Assembly: GCA_951406725.2 (NCBI GenBank)
Contig: OX597814.1
Location: 103,974,001-104,038,000, forward strand
Reading direction: 5' to 3'
From: Octopus vulgaris
Taxonomy: Eukaryota
Length of the DNA: 64,000 nt
A program made the position numbers and the translations under genes. A model generated the notes under the pieces. The model did no database searches. It saw nothing but the letters and a program-made list of their open reading frames with translations, and was not told the DNA's origin. Within the stretch, counting starts at the first letter, position 1. Every line of letters begins with the position of its first letter. Positions 52,150 to 64,000 of this stretch are shown piece by piece.

Positions 52150-52430
52150 GGCTCCTCACATGTGGGCTACAAGGCCTGCTCTTGACCTACAGCATGCAAA
52201 GTTGCTGGACACGACAGAGAAATGATGTCTCTCTTGTGGTCTTTCATATTCTCTCTGGCATTTCTCCTCAGTGGCTGGAATTATGAGCTTCAGCAATCGG
52301 AGACATTCATCACACTGCAGTGCTTCCTCCTCCCATCTGGCAGGCTTGAAAATTGTTAAGCAGTCTCTCTTTACATGAAACCATTGGTAACCTTCAAATA
52401 ACCTGCAAATAAAGAATATTTGTTCACCAA
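52150..52430 (-). mobile_element. decayed RTE LINE C-terminus
   Basis: ..WEEEA..CRSRAGLVAHM resembles the RTE WE..A.DR..WR region plus terminal C2H2 finger. Confidence 0.55.
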
Positions 52431-52574
52431 TGCACAACAGTTGAGCACTCATTTTCACTGTTCGATGTTTGTGCGTGCGTGTGTGTGTGTGTGTGTGTGT
52501 ACTGTATGCATTGGTGTATGGGATTACACACACACACACACACATGTAAATATATATTCATATACATGTGTGTG

Positions 52575-52880
52575 AAGGCACATAGCTCAGTGGTAAGAGT
52601 GTTGGAGTCACAATCATGAGGTAGTGTGTTCGATTCCTGGACCAGGCTGTGTGTTGTGTTCTTGAGCAAGACACATTATATGATGCTGCTCCAGTTCACT
52701 CAGCTGTAGAAATGAGTTCTGATGTCACTGGTGACAAGCTGCATCAGCCCCTTTGCCTTTCCCCTGGATAATATTGGTGGCATGGAGTGGGGAGGCTGGA
52801 ATGCATGGGTGACTACTGGTCTTCCAGCAACAATCTTGCCCAGACTTGTGCCTTGGAAGGAACTTTCTAGGTGTATTCCC
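52575..52880 (+). mobile_element. tRNA-derived SINE, family B
   Basis: tagctcagtgg A box, gttcgattcc B box, gtgttcttgagcaagacac body. Confidence 0.8.
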
Positions 52881-52899
52881 AATGACCAAAGGAGCTCTT

Positions 52900-52941
<42 letters not shown>

Positions 52942-52945
<4 letters not shown>

Positions 52946-55157
52946 TCATCATCATCATCATTGTTTAACGTCCGCTTTCCATGCTAGCATGGGTTGGACT
53001 GTTCAACTGGGGTCTTGGAAGCCAGGAGGCTGCACCAGGCTCCAGTCTGATCTGGCAGTGTTTCTACAGCTGGATGCCCTTCCTAACGCCAACCACTCCG
53101 TGAGTCTAGTGGCTGCCTTTTACGTGCCTCCGGCACAGGTGCCAGACATTGCTGGCAAACGACCACAATCGGATGGTGCTTTTCACATGTCACTGGCACG
53201 GAGGCCAGACGAAGCTGGCAACAGCCACAATCGGATGGTTCTTTTTACGCGCCACCGGCATGGAGACCAGTCGGGGCGGCACTGGCAAAGGCCGAGTTCA
53301 GATGGTTCTCTTACGTGCCACCGGCACTGGTATCATAGCTACAATTTCCATTGATGTTGATCGATTTCGATTTTCACTTGCCTCAACAGGTCTTCACAAG
53401 TAGAGTTTTGTGTCCCAAGAAGGAAAGGTATGCATAAGTGGACTGGCTAAACCCCAGGTAGAGGCCAGGCGTTATGGTCTCACTTGTCCTGCTGGGTCTT
53501 CCCATACACAGCATACTTCCAAAGGTCTCGGTCTCTAGTCATTTCCTTGGTGAGACCTAAAGTTCGAAGATCATGCTTCACCACCTCGTCCCAGGTTTTC
53601 CTGGGTCTACCTCTTCCACAGGTTCCCTCAACCGCTAGGGTGTGGCACTTTTTCACAAAACTATCTTCATCCATTCTCGCCACATGACCATACCAGCGCA
53701 ATCGTCTCTCTTGCACACCACAACTGATGCTTCTTAGGTCTAACATTTCTCTCAAGGTACTAACGCTCTGTCGAGTATGCACACTGACATTACACATTCA
53801 TCGGAGCATACTAGCTTCATTCCTCGCGAGCTTACGCATGTCCTCAGCAGTCACGGCCCATGTTTCACTGCCATGTAGCATGGCTGTTCGTACACATGCA
53901 TCATACAGTCTGCCTTTTACTCTGAGCGAGAGGCCTTTAGTCACCAGCAGAGGTAAGAGCTCCCTAAACTTTGCCCAGGCTATTCTTACTCTAGCAGTTA
54001 CACTTTCAATGCACCCACTCCCACTACTGACTTGGTCACCCACACTTGAAACTTTGCCTCTAGTTCTGATAGTAACTCAGCAATTAGAGCAAGGTCATCA
54101 GCATATAGGAGCTCCCAGGGGCATCCAGTCTTGAATTCCTCCATTATTGCCTGGAGGACTATGATAAATAGGAGGGGGTGAGAACTGAACCTTGGTGGAC
54201 CCCTACGTCTACCCTGAATTCTTCAGTATACTTGTTGCCAACCCTCACCTTACTTACAGCATCCCTATACATGGCTTGCACAGCTCTCACTAACCATTCA
54301 TCTATCCCTAGTTTCCTCATTGACCACCAGATAAGGGATCGGGAGACCCTGTCAAAGGCTTTCTCCATGTCAACGAAAGCCAGGTACAAGGGCTTATCTT
54401 GGCTAGGTATTTCTCCTGCAGCTGTCTTACCAGAAATATGGCATCAGTGGTGCTTTTCCCTGGCACGAGACCAAACTGCATCTCATCCAAGCTGACTCTC
54501 TCCCTAATCAGTTGGGCTATGACCCTCTCCGTAAACTTCATTACCTGATCCAACAGCTTGATACCTCTGTAATTATTTGTATCTAAAGTGTCACCTTTAC
54601 CATTGTAGCAGTTGACTATTATGCTGCTACACCAGTCATTGGGTATGACTCCTTCGTGTATCACCTGGTTGACTATACGGGTGACTAGGCTATAACCAAC
54701 ACTACCAGATATTTTAAGCATCTCTGCAGTAATTCCTGATGGGCCTGGGGCTTTCCCTGTCTTCATGCTTCTAATTGCCTTAACTACTAAGGAACTGTCA
54801 ACTCGGATAGCTTGTCCCTCTGTTGGGTTGATATTCAGCAGACTCTCTTTATCCCATTCATTTTCCTTATTCAGCAGCCTTTCATAATGGTGTCTCCAAA
54901 CCTCTCTCTTTGCATCCTCATTCAGCGCAAAAGAACCATCATCCATGCGAATACATTTCTCACCTATCACATCACGATTCTCTCTCACACACTGTCTTGC
55001 AACATGGAATACCTCAAGTCTTTCATCCTCACGGTACAGAACATAGGCAAAGTTTTTGTTATCTGCTTCCCCTCTGGCTAGATAGACCTGTCTCCTAGCT
55101 TCCCTCCTGGCAGTCTGATACACTTCCCTGCTACCACCGTCCTTCCAGTCCTTCCAT
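52942..55157 (-). mobile_element. 5'-truncated RTE LINE (same family as 46511), with the PHD segment deleted
   Basis: ORFs 54317-55201 (GKAPGPSGI, NYRGIKLL, QFG..PGKSTTDAIF), 54159-54389 (FVDMEKAFD, GVHQGS), 53798-54043 and 53480-53797 (RRLRWYGHV); (cat)n tail at 52942. Confidence 0.95.
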
Positions 55158-55591
55158 ATATATATATAGGAATAGTAGTAATTGGCATTTAGTTGTGACA
55201 ATGCTGTCTTCTACATAAATTCCTCATATGGAGCTATGACATCCCCTTTACCCCATTTCTATAATTAGAAAATCTTTATTGTCTCCTTTCATTTGTTCTT
55301 CCCTCTCAGAACCTTACAGTAGTCTGGAACAACTGAATCTTTGTCAGTCAGTTGATGGGCTCCACTACCTCAAATGTTCTTAAAATTTAAATCCACATCT
55401 TTGTCTATGTATCTACCTTGTCTATAATGTTGCCACTTGATATGAACATTTTTGTATTAATGGAAAACCTCTATAATTGGCTGATGAGTGCTCAGAATTT
55501 TAAAACTGTTGTAATACTTACAACATTTAATAAAATGATGTAATACGAAATGATTGTACCAAATTACCGGAGTCATCCTTGTTGCTTATTT

Positions 55592-55648
<57 letters not shown>

Positions 55649-55717
55649 ATATATATCATCATCATTATCACTTAACGTCTGCTTTCCATGCTGGCATGGG
55701 TTGGACCATTTTTTCCT

Positions 55718-57270
55718 GATCCACCAAGGATCAGTCATCAGGCCCCTCTTATTCATCATAGTCCTCCAAGTAATAACAGAGGAATTCAGGACAGGATGCA
55801 CCTGGGAGCTTCTCTATGCTGATGACCTTGCTCTAATTGCTGAGTCACTATCAGAACTAGAAGAAAAGTTTCAGGTGTGGAAACAAGGTCTAGAATTGAA
55901 GGGCCTTAGAGTCAACCTAGCAAAAACGAAAGTCTTAATAAGTAGGAAAGCAGGCAAACCACAAATCCCTTCACGTAGATGGCCCTGCTCAATCTGGAGA
56001 AAAGGCGTAGGTAGAAACTCTATAAGATGTACCCAGTGTAAGCTATGGACACATAAGGGGTGCAGCAATATCAAAGGAAGGCTAACTGGGAAGATAGTTT
56101 TTGTATGTAGCAGATGCTCAGGAGCAATAAACACTGAAAATGTGCAGAGAACAGCTTCCATTACATTCCAGGGGGAAAAACTAGAAGTAGTTGATAGCTT
56201 CCGTTACCTAGGGGACCAAGTCAGTTGCTGGGGTAGATGGTTTGAAAGTGTAGCTGTTAGAATAAGAATATCCTGAGTAAAGTTCAGAGAGCTCTTACCT
56301 CTGCTGGTGACAAACGGCCTCTCGCTCAGAGTAAAAGGTAGACTGTATGATGCATGTGTGTGAACAGCCATGCTATATGGCAGTGAAACTTGGGCATGAC
56401 CGTTGAGTACATGCATAAGCTTGCAAGGAATGAAGCCAGTATGATCCGATGGATGTGTAATGTCAGTATGCATACACGACAGAGTGTAAGCATCCTGAGA
56501 AAAAAGTAGGTATGGTCATGTGTTGCGAGTGGATGAAGACAGTTGTGTGAAAAAAGTGTCACATCCTAGCAGTAGAGGGAATCTGTGGAAGAGGTAGACC
56601 CAGGAAGACCTGGGATGAGGTGGTAAAGCACGACCTTTGAACAATGGGCCTCACTGAAGCAATGACAAGTGACCGAGACCTGTGGAGATAAGCTCTGCTT
56701 GAGAAGACTCGGCAAGCCAAGTGAGATCATAACTGTGGCCTATGCCAGAGCAGCGTAACCAGCCCATTTAAGAGTACCCTTCAATCATTGGACAATAAAC
56801 TGTACATGTAAAGAGCTGTTGAGGTAAGTGAATTCATTGTCATGTCCAATGACAGTACTACTTGATTAGCACCCGTGCCAGTGGCACATTAAAAGCACCA
56901 TTCAAGCATGATTATTGCCAGTGTCGCCTGACTGGCTCCTGTGTCGGTGGCATGGAAAAAAACACCATTTGAGCATGGTCATAGCCAGTGCTACCTGACT
57001 GGCTCTTGTGCTGGTGGCACATAAAAAAAGCACCATTTGAGCATGGTCGATGCCAGTACTGCCTGACTGGCCCTTGTGCCAGTGGAACGTAAAAAACACC
57101 CACTACACTCTCGGAGTGGTTGGTGCTAGGAAGGCATCCAGCTGTAGAAGCTTTGCCAGATAAGATTGGATCCTGGTGCAGCCTTCTGGCTTGCCAGCCC
57201 TTAGTCAAACGATCCAACCCATGCCAGCATGGAAAGTTAAACAACAACGACGACGATGATGAGGATGATA
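55718..57270 (+). mobile_element. 5'-truncated RTE LINE (PHD-finger family)
   Basis: HQGS..PLLFIIV, LLYADDL, PHD cluster, FRYLGD, 3' UTR tandem units and (gat/gac)n tail. Confidence 0.92.
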
Positions 57271-57689
57271 ATATAACAGGCAGAATATGCTAAGATGATC
57301 TTTTATATTGTCAAAGGAAACAAAAAGAAAATACCTAAGGACAGTGAATTATCATAGCAAGATTATAGATTTAATAAACACCAAGGAATAATAATAATAA
57401 TGAGAGAGAGATAGGAGTACAACATACAAGGTGTTAGAACAAATAGGATAAAGAGAGTTCATATGGTGAGTCATAAAAATTACCTTCCAATAAAAAAAAA
57501 TTAATTGTCTAAATAACTTTATTATTTCCTGTGACTGCTCTGATTTATATCTGGATAATTCAGACATTAGACTCCAGTTAGGTACACACAAAAGGACTAA
57601 ACTTGGTTGTAAGGAGTGTAACCTTAGGAATAATTAAACAACACTTCATATAACTGTGAGGGAACAAATATACATAAAAATAACTATAG

Positions 57690-58340
57690 CAATATAAATT
57701 ATGGAAACAAAATTGACAGAACTACATTACATCATAGAAATATCATATGGTGTAATGCTCTATTTGGAATTCATGCAACTACGGATATTGCTGGAATTTT
57801 CTTTATGATGTTAGAGTAACATTTTCCTTCTCCAAGCAGATATAGAAAGATATTCAACAGACATACTGTAAAGTTTGCATATTCCACTACTCCTAATTTA
57901 GCAGATATTACAGAGATTTTTAACCGTAAGAAACTGAATACTGTTAGAATTAGTGAATCTATGTTTATTTATTTAGACTGTATAGATCAATCTGAGCCTG
58001 CTCCAAATAATACACACCTGTCTGGTTAAAAAAATAGCGATTTTAATAATGCAGTATCTCCTTTTAGTAATGACATTAACACTAATATAATAGATAAGGC
58101 ATCTTACGACTTCATACATAATAGAATATGCAACTGTGATAATCATGACAAATGCCCTTTCAATAACCAATATCTAATATGTAAGTGCTAGGTGAAAACA
58201 CTTGAGAATGTTCGTTATTACATGGAAGATACTGTTGCAAAATTCAGAAAATTCAAGACCAGACACATAACCATGTTCATTCTTTTAAATACAAAACAAA
58301 AGAACGCTGCACTTCATTGACCAAGTTCATCAGGGGCTTC
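57690..58340 (+). mobile_element. Penelope-like element remnant (RT-EN linker + GIY-YIG endonuclease, Naiad-like)
   Basis: From 57733: HRNIIWCNALFGIHATTDIAGIFFMMLE*HFPSPSRYRKIFNRHTVKFAYSTTPNL. From ~58124: RICNCDNHDKCPFNNQYL..YYMEDT..KF, then NHVHSFK...CTSLTKFI. These match the PLE pattern IIWFNPP..KHFP..KIFNR.T.K.SYS / CNC..CP / YIG.T..FK.R..NH..SF. Confidence 0.8.
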
Positions 58341-58906
58341 AAAGGCATAAATATACCCCATCTCATAGTCTATTGTAGATAGTGCTCTTACAGAGGGAGC
58401 AGTGGTAGCTATAATTTGTGCTCAGTGGAGGCACTGGAAATTCTCTATTGTAGATCCAATTTAATTAATAAGCATAACATTTGAAGATGTTCATTAACAC
58501 TTGTTTCAATCATTGGACTATGGCTGTGGTGAGACACTACACTTCTCTAATAAAATTTTGTTAAACTTTCCAAATAAAAATCTTATATAAACAATTTGCC
58601 TAGATCAAAGTTAAATTAATACCTGTGTCTTCTTAAGGATTCTCCCTCTCCTATTCAAATTATCTCTAATCTAACATACCAAGGACTTATTTCTTAACTA
58701 ACCCTTTTCTAATCCTTAGCCATTACCCCTAATTTAATTCAAATTAATCATTGTAAACTTAATAATTTTAGATATGACTATAGAGTTGGGCAATAATTTA
58801 TGATTTTTATATACATTTCTCATGCAGCCAGTGGACACCCGTGTCCCTTCTTCATTTGTAGATTAGAAGAATTTATTGAAACTGAAACTAGCTCAAGTTT
58901 TACATC

Positions 58907-58908
<2 letters not shown>

Positions 58909-58990
<82 letters not shown>
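58909..58990. repeat. (TG)n microsatellite, ~41 units
   Basis: Directly visible. Confidence 0.97.
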
Positions 58991-58993
<3 letters not shown>

Positions 58994-59729
58994 TTGAAAT
59001 GATGCTGATGTTGATTTTCCTGTCGATGTTATGATGAGTCATTCTGTACTTTCAAAGACTTGTAGAATATTAAATTGCATACAGACATATGCACATACAT
59101 TGCTATAGACATATGCATATACATATAAACAGACATATGTACACACACACACACACACATATACACATACAGAAAAGACATCCGCATACAGAGGTATACA
59201 AACACATATACACAGGCGTACAGAGACATTTGTACATAAACACAGATACAGTTATGCACATACACACACTGATGTAGACATACACATATACACACACTTA
59301 TATGCACACTAACATATAAAGTTGTATGTACATATATGCACTTATGTAAATGTATGCATACATACACATATATATATGCTGACATATGTACATGCACATG
59401 CGTATGTATGTATACACATGCATACATACACAGTTGCAGAGATCAGCACACACATCATATATACAGACACATGCGAATGCAAATATATGCATATATGCAC
59501 TGATATACACATGTGCATACATGCAAATATACAGCTATATGCGCACATATGCATACAGAGGTGAAAGAGAATAAAACATCAAAATAAAAAGTATAACAAA
59601 TAAAAATAATGATGATGATGATGTTGGAAATATAAAAGCGTATTTATGAGATGTTTATAGAAACGTAGATATGTTAACACGCATGTACACACATACACAC
59701 ACACACATGCACACACACTCGTCTGTAAG

Positions 59730-59945
<216 letters not shown>

Positions 59946-60705
59946 AAGAAGACTGTTTTGAGAGGAGGTTATGGAAGAGTGACAGTGATAGTTCCATGTT
60001 GATTGTTGGTAGGAGGGTGGAAACATTATGAGTAGTGGTGACAGGATGGCCATAAAGATGTATCATAGAGAAAGAAAGGGTGAGACTGATAGCAACAGAT
60101 GGGGGGTGGGGTGGTAATGGTAAGAGAGGTGAATGTCAAGTAAAGTTAGACAAGGAGGAAGAAAGAATGAGGATTAGGATGAGAGAGTGAGAGCTGAATA
60201 TGGAGGGCAGATCTGATGCTACTCCCAGATAGACTGGTGTGGGGTGATGGTGGGAGAGAGAGAGGGAGCATGGTAATGAGGAGTGGTAGGAGTTTAGACT
60301 GAGACACATCAGTTGCTTGTGGGTAGGCTTATGTGTGTTTAAGTGTGTACACAGGTGGTGGTGGTGGTGGTGGATTGATGAAGTTTTAAAGTCAGTGTAT
60401 ATCATCATCATCATGTAATGTCCATTCCCCATGCTGGCATGCGTTGGATGGTTTCGTTGGAGCTGGTAAGGCCAAGGGCTGCACCAAGCTCCTTATGTCT
60501 GTTTTCGCAGGGTTTCTATGGCTTGATGCCCTTCCTAATGCCAACCATTTTACAGAGTGTGGCTGGGTGCTTTTTATATGGCACCAGCATCAACAGGGTC
60601 ACCAAATAACTGGCAAAATGAATACCCCTCAGTTGGAATGCAGGAGTTTTAGTGGAGGTGATAGCCTTTGTGCCAGTTCACATACACACACAAACACACA
60701 CACAG

Positions 60706-60734
<29 letters not shown>

Positions 60735-60737
<3 letters not shown>

Positions 60738-61830
60738 TCATCATCATAATCATCATCATCGTTTAACGTCCACTTTCCATGCTAGCATGGGTTGGACGGT
60801 TCATCTGGGGTCTGGGAAGCCAGAAGGCTGCACCAGGCCCAGTCTGATCTGGCAGTGTTTCTACAGCTGGATGCCCTTCCTAATGCCAACCACTCCGTGA
60901 GTGTAGTGGGTGCTTTTTACGTGCCAGACGAGGCTGGCAACAGCCACAATCGGATGGTGCTTTTACGTGCCACCGGTACAGAGGCCAGTTGGGAAGGCGC
61001 TGGCAACGGCCACGTTCAGATGGTTCTCTTACATGCCACTGGCACTGGTATCACAGCTACAATTTCCATTGATGTTGATATACATATATATACATATATA
61101 TACATATATATACATATATATATATACATATATATCATCATAATCATCGTTTAACATCCGCTTTCCATGCTAGCATGGGTTGGATGATTTGACTGAGGTC
61201 TGGCAAACCAGATGGCTGCACCAGAGTCCAATCTGATCTGGCAGAGTTTCTACAGCTGGATGTCCTTTCTAATGCCAACCACTCCGAGAGTGTAGTGGGT
61301 GCTTTTACATGTCACCGGCATGAGGACCAGTCAGGCGGTACTGATGACGGCCACGCTTAAATGGTGCCTTTTATGTGCCACCGGCTCAGGAGCCAGTCCA
61401 GCAGCACTGGCAACGACCTCACTTGAATGTTTTTTTCACATGCCACCAGCACAAGTGCCAGTAAGAGCGACGCATGTTACGATCATGCTTGAATGATGTT
61501 TTTTACGTGCCACCAGCACGGTGGCCTGCTTGTTGCTCTGGCATTGATCATGCTCATATGATACTCTTAGCACTCCACTAGCACAGATGCCAGTCATCAA
61601 ATTTGATTTCGACTTCAATTTCACTTGCCTCAACAGGTCTTTGCAAGCAGAGTTTAGAGTCCAATGAAGGAAAGGTACACATAAGTGGGCTAGTTAAAAC
61701 CCTGGCATACGCCACAAGGTTATGGTCTCACTTGAGCTTGCCGAGTCTTCTTAAGCACAGCATATTTCCAAAGGTCCTGGTCACTAGTCATTGCCTCGGT
61801 GAGGCCCAATGTTCGAAGGTCGTGCTTCAC
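60735..61830 (-). mobile_element. two tandem RTE 3'-end fragments (60735-61080, 61135-61830)
   Basis: Both start with (cat)n-cgtttaac..ctttccatgctagcatgggttgga and match 52942-53580. Other short RTE 3'-end copies at ~1065, 11890, 28755, 48700, 51290, 60410, 62570 and 63810. Confidence 0.85.
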
Positions 61831-62044
61831 ACACATATATATATATATAAATATATCAATCATAATAATAATAATAATATTAAGGAATATGATTCCAAAC
61901 TTACAGGGAAAAATTCAATTTAGTAATACTAAATCAAATTCCACAATATATAATACAAGTATATAAATTAGAGAAGAACCACCATGTAGCAATTCAACAA
62001 TGATATACTTAAATCATACCATATATACATATATACATATTTAC

Positions 62045-62128
<84 letters not shown>

Positions 62129-62862
62129 AGTATATATATGGGGGGGATTTAGAAATGCAGTATTTCTAATGTTATATATATATCCTATTAATAAAATAGA
62201 TGGAAGGAGAAAAGAATTTATTGGGTACGATGCATGTTTCAACCCGTTCTGGGTCTCTTCGGGTACATCAATAAAAAGTTTTACGAGAGATTTTCTAATT
62301 CGGTTTTATGTATCGCTATATGTCCATTAACTTTGAGAGGAAGTAAAAAACAGAGAAAAAATTAAAATGCAAAAACTTTAAATATGAACGTGAAAATTAT
62401 ACATTCTAGTTTAGAGAACATGACGTAATGGGCCTTCACTGTTGTAACTGTTAAGAGAAAGAAAAGGAAGTAGAAGTTGAAAGGAAAATAATAGATGAAA
62501 ATTCCTTTTGTGCTTGTGCTTAGACATGATATATATATATAAATAAAAATATATATATATATATATTATCATCATCATCATCTTTTAATATCTGCTCTCC
62601 ATGGGTTGGACGGTTTGACTGAGGCCTGGAAAGCCAGTGGCTGTACCAGGCTCCAATCTGATCTGGCAGTGTTTCTACAGCTGGGTGCCTTTTATAATGC
62701 CTACCATTCCAAGAGTGTAGCAGGTGCTTTTTATGTCACACCAGCCCCAGAGCCAGTCGGTGGGGGACTGGCATCAACCATGTTAAGATGGTGCATTTTA
62801 TGTGCCACTGGCACGGGGAGCCATTCAAACAGTACTGGCATCGACTCACACTTGAATGGTAC

Positions 62863-63282
62863 TGTAACAGGATCTGGAATCGGTATCACTGAAGGGGTGA
62901 TTGATCCGATCCCGTCACATTCAATTTAGTTAGATATAACAGACGAAGTCAGGTTATCTTGGAAAGACAGCAGTGTTGTTTATTACTCGTGATGGTGTAC
63001 GTATTTCTGAAGGGAAAACGACAGCCGAATCTGTTGTACAGCTTCTTGTTGGTTGGTTGAAGTGATTCGATGTCGTCCGCGGCTAAGTCGGTGTAGTTAT
63101 CAGAGACTACCAAATGCACGTCTGTTCACGAGGGCTGAAAATGGCCAGAGAGAGTGATTGAGTTATTTGTGCCTTAGGAGTCAGTTTCCCGCACATGCGC
63201 ATGGGGAAGACTTCCGGTGGCCACCCGGAAGTAGTCCCATTCTGCGCATGCACGCTGAACCTTACACAGTAGCATCACTACA
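62863..63282 (-). mobile_element. solo LTR (420 bp) inserted in an RTE 3' UTR
   Basis: TG...CA termini (tgtaacag...tcactaca), exact 4-bp TSD gtac (62859-62862, 63283-63286), minus-strand AATAAA near 62980. The RTE sequence resumes on both sides. Confidence 0.85.
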
Positions 63283-63456
63283 GTACTTATTACGTGCCAC
63301 CAGCATGGGTGCCAGTCAAGCGGCACTGGCATTGGCCGCAACTACAATTTCCATTTTGATTTTGTTGCACTCAGTCCACTCTACAGGGTGGTTGGTGTTA
63401 GGAAGGGCATCCAACCATAAAAACCAAAAAGGACACAGAAACTTGGTGTAAACAAA

Positions 63457-63685
63457 GGCAGCGAGCTGGCAGAATCGTTAGCACACCGGGTAAAATACTT
63501 AGCGGTATTTCGTCTGCTGTTACGTTCTGAGTTCAAATTCTGCCGAGGTTGACTTTGCCTTTCATCCTTTCGGGGTCGATAAATTAAGTACCAGTTATGC
63601 ACTGGGGTCGATGAATCAAATTAATCCTTTGTCTGTCCTTGTTTGTCCCCTCTATGTTTAGCCCCTTGTGGGCAGTAAAGAAATA
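63457..63685 (+). mobile_element. family A SINE, well-preserved copy, inserted in an RTE 3' end
   Basis: Full-length and CpG-rich, flanked by agaaac(t/c)tggtgta at 63437-63450 and 63686-63699. Confidence 0.88.
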
Positions 63686-64000
63686 AGAAACCTGGTGTAG
63701 TCTTCTGCCTGGCCGCCCCTTGTCAAACCGTCCAACTCAAGTCAGCATAGAAAAGATTGACATTAAATGATGATTATGATGATGATGATGATATATACAT
63801 TTACATACAAGCACCCACTACACTCACGGAGTGGTTGGCATTAGGAAGGGCATCCAGCCGTAGAAACACTGCCAGATCTGACTGGGCCTGATGAATCCTT
63901 CCAGCTTCACAGACCCCAGTTGAACCGTCCAACCCATGCTAGCATGGAAAACGGACGCTAAATGATGATGATGATGATGATGATACACACACACACACAT

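Noticed and set aside
52156-52405. Apparent minus-strand terminal exon with acceptor ttctttatttgcag
   Set aside because: The peptide resembles a decayed RTE C-terminus and the similarity continues across the acceptor, so the site is probably coincidental.
52722-53354. 210-aa ORF
   Set aside because: Chance read-through of a SINE, a microsatellite and the antisense RTE 3' UTR.
56860-57110. CRISPR-like repeat-spacer appearance of the ~66-bp units
   Set aside because: Eukaryotic context, no cas genes, and the whole unit is repeated with no unique spacers; it is the RTE 3' UTR.
58120-58170. Selenocysteine recoding, reported for some Naiad-type Penelope elements
   Set aside because: The visible conserved Cys codons are TGC/TGT, and no SECIS can be supported.

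Overview
AT-rich, microsatellite- and transposon-dense eukaryotic (animal) DNA. The repeat content looks like an octopus/coleoid genome, which is an inference from recall and not verified. The only host protein-coding gene is the 3' part of a UBASH3/Sts (ecdysteroid-phosphate-phosphatase-like) histidine phosphatase: five + strand GT-AG exons at 660-15627 that splice in frame and keep the RHGE, R, E and H catalytic motifs. There is one apparently intact tRNA-Phe(GAA) and one decayed tRNA-Val(TAC). The rest is repeats: CR1-type LINEs, RTE LINEs (one family has a PHD finger inside the RT domain), a decayed Gypsy element, a solo LTR, a fold-back mariner, a hAT MITE, a Penelope-like GIY-YIG remnant and several tRNA-derived SINE families. 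The most striking pattern is a set of sequence-distinct short elements with (mostly degenerate) minimal type I hammerhead-ribozyme cores, often as inverted pairs and often sitting in dinucleotide microsatellites. One of these families joins a tRNA-like Pol III head to the hammerhead. Most ORFs in the supplied track are microsatellite or antisense artefacts. Repeat boundaries are read by eye and approximate.
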